Assembly (NCBI GenBank): GCA_964016885.1
Contig: OZ024747.1
Span: 54,188,001 to 54,252,000, forward strand
DNA length: 64,000 nt
Direction: 5' to 3'
Source of the DNA: Eledone cirrhosa
Taxonomy: Eukaryota
Below, in pieces: positions 55,959 through 64,000 of this stretch (within the stretch, counting starts at the first letter, position 1; the number at the start of each line of letters is the position of its first letter). The position numbers and the translations under genes are program-made. The notes beneath the pieces are model-generated. The model had not been told where the DNA came from. It was given only the letters and a program-made list of their open reading frames with translations, and searched no databases.

Positions 55959-57084
55959 TATATATATAAAGTGAGGTTTAGAATTGTAGCCGTATATCCT
56001 GCAATAAACATAATCTATATGTGTATATCTATATACCTCTATGTATGCATTATATATATATATACTCACATACATGTAAGCGTTTATATATAAAAGTGTT
56101 GGAGTGGAAATACGTATGACAGTGTATGGACGTGACTCGGTGTTTGTGTGTACGCTATAAATCTCGATTGTTTAAAACACAAAGCAATTAAACTCTGTGA
56201 GAAAATTTGAATTACCCGAGAAGCGTTATGAATTGGCGCGAGCTTCAGCGCCAGCGTTCCAAAGTTAAATGTTGATTCAAAAAACAACCGTAGGCTTCAA
56301 TAAATCTTCCATTTTCATGCAAACTCTGCAAACCGACGATTGAAATATCATAATAAATCTTAGAAATGAAAAAAGTAACACCTTCAGCCATTTTGGTTTA
56401 TATAATATTATGTATGTATGTACGTATATATGTATGTATGTATTTATGTATGTATGTATGTATACATGTATGTATATATCTATGTATCTATGTTTGTATA
56501 TATATATATATGTATCTTTGTATATAAGATTGTACATACACATGTATATATATATGTATATTTTTATGTACGAATGTATGTTTGTATGTTTGTATGCATG
56601 TATATAATGCATGTATGCTTGTATGCATGTACCTACGTATGTATGTTTGCATGTATATATATATATATATATATATATAAGTATAGTTACTTATATGAAT
56701 ATGTATATCACATATATTTGTATATATGCATGTCTGTATGTGTGTATATATATATATATACGCTTTCCATTCAATGCGTTGTTTATCTTTTCTCGGTCAT
56801 CATTATTTTTCTGCCGTTCTACTGTGACAACACTTGCAGCCCACTCACACAAACCACACACAAATCCCAAGTAAACAAACTGAGGGTGAAACTAAATATA
56901 AAAAATCTATAAAATGAGAAAGAGGAAATTTCAATTTTTTTTTCCTTTCGTATTTATATTTTAACTTTCCCTCTTGCTTTTGTTTTAATATTTAAATCTA
57001 TGTCTTACTGTTTATTCTCGTCATACGTATCTTGTTAGTGTTTGCAAATTTGCAACAAAAAATTCTTATATAGATATATGTGTG

Positions 57085-57142
<58 letters not shown>

Positions 57143-59122
57143 TATGTGTATGTGTATGCGAGTAAATGTGTGCCAGCCAGCCTGTGTGTGTGTGTAAGTT
57201 TTGTGTGATACAGAAATGTAAACTGAACGATGTTTTCAATAAAATCCTTTCCCGCATTTTATTTTTAATAACGAAAATGTATGTTTGTTTGTTTATTGAT
57301 TTTTTTCTTTTAGAATATTTTTAATGTTATTTAAGTTTTGTGTTCATTGTTATTTGGTTTAGTTCTTCATTTTGAATTTTGTTGATATTGTTTTTTTGTA
57401 TTCAAATATGTAAACAGTAATACCAGCGATAAGTGTCAAAACAATAAACAAAAGTTTATAAAAAATACATAAACAATAACAACAAAAACTCTCTCAAAAA
57501 CATTGCCACCTTTGTCTTCCTTCAAGGAATTAGAAATAAGTATATATAAGTTTATGTATTATATTTTTAAATTTGTGAAAATGTGTAAAGAGCATATAAA
57601 ACAAAATATAAGAAATAGAGAGAAATCTTAAAAAACATTTTCTCTCTAGGGCTCTATTTGACTTTAATACGATTCACTGAAGCAGCAGATAAAATTTAAG
57701 ATGGCCGTTAAAAATTAATAAAACTGAGTTGGCCTAAAGGTAAGTTTCTGTGTTGTAATTTTGTTTTAAAAAAAACAGCTCTCTCACTGTGGACTGTTTT
57801 TATTACCCTTCTTCTTATTCATCTGAAATGTCCGCCTTCAGCTGAAAAAATAGCAGCATAGTATATATATATGCACACACACACACACACACACTCACAC
57901 ACACACATACACATACACACATACATATGCACACACACACACATACATATATATATACACATATATATAAATGTATGTATATATATACATTTGTGTGTGT
58001 ATGTTTATGCGAATGTTTGTGTATATGTATAAAAAACGAAAGGCAGAAAAAAATGGAACAAGTGTGAGAAAGAGAAAGCTAGATTAAAAGAGAGGCGAGA
58101 GATAAATATGGCGTAAAGAATCGAAGCTGCAGAAAACCTATGCAAAATAAACGGATAAAAATCAAAATGAGGCTCTTTGTGTTTGTAATAACACTAAGCA
58201 GGTCGCTCTAATTAGAGCAACAATGAAAGTTTTGAATATTCCTTTTATAACAACGAATTTAACCATCATGACTTTGTTGATGATGATACTGTAATAAGGA
58301 CGATGGTGATGAGGAAGGTAATGAAGATAATAATGATGATCTTGTGAGTGTCAGTGTAGGTGAGCGTTCTTTAATCATGTGGAAATTCTCAGAAAATGAG
58401 AACTTCTGCAGGGTATTGATACAGTCCCCAAGCAAGAATCAAAACCAGGGTATCCTTTCAGTTCACCGAACATTTCATTTGCACCAGAACATTCCTCAAT
58501 ACAATCCAAACCATTATTTCTAACATTAGTCATTATTGGGGAAGGAAATGTCTAAGAAACTAAACAGTATACGACCACCTAATCAAGTAATCACTAATTT
58601 GCAAGCCAGCTAATATTTTGAACACTTTGTGGGACATTGGTGGCAGTAGAATCGTAGTTAGGGTCACAAATAAGACACATCTTAAATAACAATTTCCCAA
58701 TACTCTCTTTTGTTGACAATCTGTGTTAAAGATGGAATAACATATTGTAGGAGTCAAATCAAAAGTCTCGAAAAAATTATTGGCCGCTTTCCTAACTACC
58801 CTTAATGTGAAACAGGGCTCAATCTCAGTTTCCAAGCGAGTGGCTTAGCGGTTAGAAAGTTCTGTTCATGATATTTCGATCATAAGTTTAATTTCTGGCG
58901 ATACCATGAGATTTTGAGCAAGAAAGTATATTTCACGATATTCCAGTCAATTCAAAATGTCAACCATTTCACACACTGTGACATGGTGTATTGCCATCTA
59001 AGTGTACTCGTGTATGTATTAGTCAGACACTTGCATGTTAATTTCATGAATAGAGAGTTATGTAGATCAAACAAATGGAACATTCATTGTTGGAGCCGAC
59101 GGATTTCGATCACACACGTGCG

Positions 59123-59173
<51 letters not shown>

Positions 59174-59263
59174 TTCTAACATATGGGTGATAATATCTAT
59201 ATTAAATCACACTCGAGTATTACAAATATATTGTTTCATATAACATTATTAAATTCATAGAAG

Positions 59264-59455
59264 CGCGATGGATTGGCAGTATCGATAGAGGGTCGGACGC
59301 CATGCTTTGACGCATAGAGTTACGGCCCTTGCCATTCTGAGTTCAAATCCCGCTGAGGTTAACTTTGTCTTTCATCCTTATGGGGTCGATAAAATAAAGT
59401 ACCAGTAATACACTGGTTTATTGCTAGCCGTGTGCCAAATGTAGAAACAATTATT
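59264..59455 (+). mobile_element. Full-length tRNA-derived SINE with 19-bp TSD
   Basis: ATTATTAAATTCATAGAAG at 59245-59263 and 59450-59468. Confidence 0.92.
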
Positions 59456-59717
59456 AAATTCATAGAAGAAATGTTCAAGAAAATTGATACAAAACCTCTG
59501 TCTGAGTGTCCACCCCTGATAATTTCTTCAAGGCACAGTTCAGGTTTTCTACGGAAGATTATTAGCTGACCATATATGTAGATTTAGCAATTCTAAGGTA
59601 GCAATATTGTCTAAAAAAATATGAGCCTGATAGATCTTCGCATTAGTTTGGTCCCAGAGGTTGACATCATGATAGAGAACGCCGGGACAGAAACCGTTTT
59701 TCTAAATTCTTAAACAA

Positions 59718-59880
59718 TGATTTCTGATTTATGCATAAAGCCAACCATGTTTAGGGAGGGGAAGTCGATTAAATCTACCCCAGTACATTACTGGTACTTT
59801 ATTTTATCGACCCCGTAAGGATGAAAGGAAAAGCTAACCTCGTCTGGATTTGAATTCAGATCTTAAAAGGCCGTAACTCT
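59718..59880 (-). mobile_element. 5'-truncated SINE, variant 3' end
   Basis: CCCAGTACATTACTGGTACTTTATTTTATCGACCCCGTAAGGATGAAAGG core with an additional GGGAGGGGAAGTCGATT segment. Confidence 0.8.
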
Positions 59881-60216
59881 ATATTTTTAAATATTACTTT
59901 GGATTTAGAAATGATTCGACAAATGAATATGAGTGAAATACACAACAGAAAGACATTAACAATTAAAGACTGTATTGATAATAGCGACTAAATCTCTTCA
60001 AGATTTGTCAGTATGGCCACAAATTAATGGCTACAGCCAATAACCGATTAAAAGAATTTCAAAAAATTTAGAGTAATATTTCTTTCTCCAAAACCAACAT
60101 ACGTATCTGTTATTTTATATAAACTATCTTATATCTTCTCTCTAAAACAGCCACACACACACACACATATATATATATAGATGCATACATACATATATAC
60201 AAATATACTCATATAC

Positions 60217-60300
<84 letters not shown>

Positions 60301-60380
60301 CTTAGACAGGAACAAAAACAGAGAGGCAGTACAAATATGAGTTTATTAGGTTCACACTTGTGAGAGTGGAGGGGGAGGGT

Positions 60381-60418
<38 letters not shown>

Positions 60419-61364
60419 ATGTATACTATATATCAAACTCAGTTGAGCAGCTGTATTACGGAATGTTAGGTAACAAAAATAATCAATAGAGCATTACAAG
60501 AAAAATCTACACAATCCAAATGTTTTTTCAGTTTCATTAATTTACTATATTTATAAATGTACTTTCATACATATACGCATACATAATACATATATAAATG
60601 CATACATACATGCATACATACAAACATATATACATACACACATAAATGCTTACATACATAGTCATATGCCAGTATATATATCTTCTCACATATAAATGTA
60701 TGTTAGAATTTATGTATATATGTATGTATTTATGTATGTATGTATTTACATATATGTGTATGTATCATATATATATATACTTTTTAAAATACATCCAATA
60801 TATATCATACAGCAGGAATCGAGACAAGTGCTCCATGAAGTACACTTAGAACGATATAACCTTATATGATATTGTGTAATGTTAGCGAATTTAAAAACCC
60901 TCATAAATTGATTTAGGCTAACAATATACAAGTACATGAACGTGTTTTTGGAGACTCATTCCATTCCTAAAATCAACAACACAGACGTTTCCAGCTGCAA
61001 ATAAATATGAAACTCTTTAATATATACAATTACTACAAGCGTCGAAATGTCAATAGTTTATGTATACGTTTCAGGCTAAACAACAATACTAATAGCAGAA
61101 TTAAACCTTCAAATTTACATGCAGAAAATGTTAATGGACCTTTATTAACTCACTGATAAGGCATAAATCTTCTCCCTGTCTCAACACAATAACTGCCTCT
61201 CCTTGAACATCGATTATTTTAAAACTTCACATCTTTAAATGGTAAGGTTTGTGTTTTTTACAACTTTCCGCTTATTCATTCTTCCATACCTCTCTATATT
61301 TTATCACCAGTGTTTTTGCCACTCTCGTTAGTTGATTTAATTAGTTTTTCGTCTTTATATTCAT

Positions 61365-61660
61365 TTATCTTCATCATCATCTGGGCTTGCAAATTGCACG
61401 CTTACACTAGCCTTGCTCCCTCCAACCGTCTCAATGATCCATTTCTCTTGGAAGATAAACATTGCGCGTTGCATCATGTCAAAGCTGGCTGATGTAGTTC
61501 TTGCATGGCCAAGCGACCTTAGTAGGCCAATGGGTTGGGTTCCACAACAATACAACACTAACAGATTTGTCCCTGCTTCTCAAGCTGTGTCTAGCAAATC
61601 GCATCTTTCTCTCCCGGATAATTTGAGAGACAAACGATAGGTGTCCATTTATTAGCTAAT
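61365..61660 (-). mobile_element. Decayed RTE-type LINE 3' end with (GAT)n tail
   Basis: Minus-strand translation IRERKMRFARHSLRS..VSVVLLWNPTH....WPCKNYISQL*.D...LPREMDH*DGWR matches the RTE C-terminal pattern. Ends GATGATGATGAAGAT. Confidence 0.65.
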
Positions 61661-61785
61661 GTGTACTGAGTAAGTGTGAATATTCCACTTAGATAAACTA
61701 CAAATTTACAACCTATATATAAAACACCCACACCTACACATACACTCACATGATCACATAGTTATGTGTATATATATATATAAAT

Positions 61786-62172
61786 ACTTCGTTTTTGAAT
61801 TTGTTTCGCAAGACTTTTCATCTCAAAACGTGTGTTATACTTTGGGAGTGTCATGCTGCCAATAAAAACACACGCACTTGTTGTTTTCACATAAATTTAT
61901 TATACATTTTCGGCTGGCTGGCTGGTTCAATAACCGCATGGTTGTTTATATATTATCAACTCTTAAGACGCAAAGTAAACATAACACACAACACACTAAA
62001 AAGAAGATAACGTAGGAGAGAACAAACAGTGACACAAAATAAAACCCAGTCATCTAGGTTGTCACAAAAAATGTGTGACAAAAAACTTTGACAATATATA
62101 AACCACCATCTAGTTATCGAACCAATCACACAACTGGAAATTTATAATAAATTGAAAGGAAAATCAGCAAGT
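61786..62172 (+). mobile_element. Old family C element with fold-back organisation
   Basis: 61786-61952 is homologous to 11576-11790. 61965-62172 is homologous to the minus strand of 12540-12295, with a decayed hammerhead (CCCAGTCA..GTCACA..TGTGAC). Confidence 0.65.
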
Positions 62173-62611
62173 GAATAGAAGTATATTGTATAGCTTATTG
62201 TAGGTAGGATGTGTGAGATAAAACAAACAGAATGGATAGAAGGACGAAAGAAGACAAAGAAAGAAAATAACGAGATATTTTCTGTTGCACGATCCAGTAT
62301 TTTAAAATAGTACTATGAATTAAATCATTCGAAACCATTTTCCTGGTTTGAGAGAAGATGAGTGTTAGAACTTCTCCTGTACATCGCCTTTCATTTCCTT
62401 CTTCCAGTCATGGCTATGCGCTAACCCAAATCGGATCGTCTTTGTGTCATTTCCCCCATCACTGTCATTGACAGATATTTGGCTGTTTTAACAGCTATTC
62501 TAGAGATGATTTTTCGCATTTTTCTATGAAATAGAATATACTCTCACATCATTTCTATCAGAGACAAAAATGTTTAATCATATACATACCTACGTATATA
62601 CATATGTACGT

Positions 62612-62688
<77 letters not shown>

Positions 62689-62949
62689 CACAGAAACACA
62701 TACACACACACACACAAATACACATACATACACACACACACCTACACACACACACACACATGCACAGACACACATATATATATATAATAAATACATACAT
62801 ATACACACGCACACATATATATATATATATAAATATATATATATATGTATATATATAGAAGAAGAGTCAGGACCCCGACGGTAGAGCTACAGCCGTTTCG
62901 ACAGCGAGATCCGACGGACGAGGTTCAGCCGTCGTGGTCCTGACCCATT

Positions 62950-63004
<55 letters not shown>

Positions 63005-63009
<5 letters not shown>

Positions 63010-63270
63010 GAAGTTATATTTAATTTGTTGGGATTCCAACAATCTCAAAAGATTATAACTGATATAAAGCACTCAACAAATTACTGGAGTAAATATTCAA
63101 TATATTAATAAATGGAAACTATATTTATAAAACCATAATTATTTTATTATATATATTTCAAGGGCAACCAAGGCATTCTTGGTGCATTTTCATCAGATAA
63201 AATACAAGATTTGTTTCATAAATATTGACATAACCGTGGAAAAACAATCTTGATGGTTGAAAGATAACTG
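63005..63270 (-). mobile_element. Hammerhead-bearing element (family B), ends at (TA)n
   Basis: Homologous to 12858-13125 on both sides of the ribozyme. Confidence 0.7.
63140..63204 (-). ncRNA. Type I minimal hammerhead ribozyme (family B)
   Basis: Minus strand: UAUUUUAU CUGAUGA aaau-GCACCAAG-aaugc-CUUGGUUGC-ccuu GAAA UAUAUA UA AUAAAAUA. Perfect 8-bp stem I. Confidence 0.8.
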
Positions 63271-64000
63271 GATAGTGGACATTTTTTTTTTTATTGAGGG
63301 TAATTCAAAGTTCTGTGTGATTATGCACATGAATGTCCGAAAGATTGAAAAAGCAACCGTTTATTTAAATTATACTGTTGGAAGAAGAGAGAGAAAAAAG
63401 AGAAAAGAAGAAAGAGAGAAAATAATATTATTATATGTAGAGTTATAGTGGAGAAGTAAAGTGAAGAAAGAAAGAGCGAAGAAATAAGCTTATCAGAGGA
63501 TGAGTTTGTATATCGTAAATACGACATATGTTCATGTTAGATATTTATGTTACGTATATTTACTAATAATTGTTAAATTTTACTATAGTAAGTATATAGA
63601 AAGTTAGATATATAAGAAAAATAAAGATATATCAAAGATAAAAGATATATTAAACATATTAAGATACATTAAAATATATTAAAATAAAACATATTAAGAT
63701 ATATTAAAATATATCTACATATATTAGATATATTAAAATATATTACAAATGGAGCATAGATATAAAGATAGATATATGAGAATACAATGGGTATATCATG
63801 TTATAGATGTTAAATTATTTAAATTAAATTAAATTAAATTAACTGAGTCTATAAGATTATATGTTTAATGTTTTACATTGGAAAAATATTGAAAATCCGA
63901 GTTTTGTTTATTTATTAATTATTATGAGATAAGTTTGTTTAAAGATATCTTTCGCCATAGTTTGTTACTGGGTGTAACTGTAATATTAAATAATTACAAA

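Noticed and set aside
61361-61558. 65-aa ORF that looks like a host last exon
   Set aside because: Another frame on the same strand matches an RTE C-terminus with a (GAT)n tail.

Overview
AT-rich, microsatellite-dominated eukaryotic non-coding DNA. The (TA)n/(CA)n/(TATG)n/(TAA)n load and the SINE family resemble an octopus or other cephalopod genome (inference). I found no credible host protein-coding exon; almost all listed ORFs are translated microsatellites. Recognisable content: a young 5'-truncated R4/Dong-clade non-LTR retrotransposon (RT, CCHC, restriction-like endonuclease) with a second tandem 3' fragment, both in (TAA)n; RTE-clade remnants and an RTE-derived non-autonomous element; an L1/Tx1-like fragment; a decayed mariner; many tRNA-derived SINE copies, three with clear target-site duplications; a Helitron-like non-autonomous element; and several minisatellites. 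The main unexplained signal is a set of type I hammerhead ribozyme motifs found by manual folding. Seven have an intact core and stems, six of them within 7.7-13.7 kb, and several more are decayed. They sit in short ORF-less elements next to (TA)n tracts and are repeatedly associated with fold-back inverted duplications, consistent with Penelope-like/retrozyme-like non-autonomous retroelements. All structures were read by eye and none has been tested computationally or experimentally.
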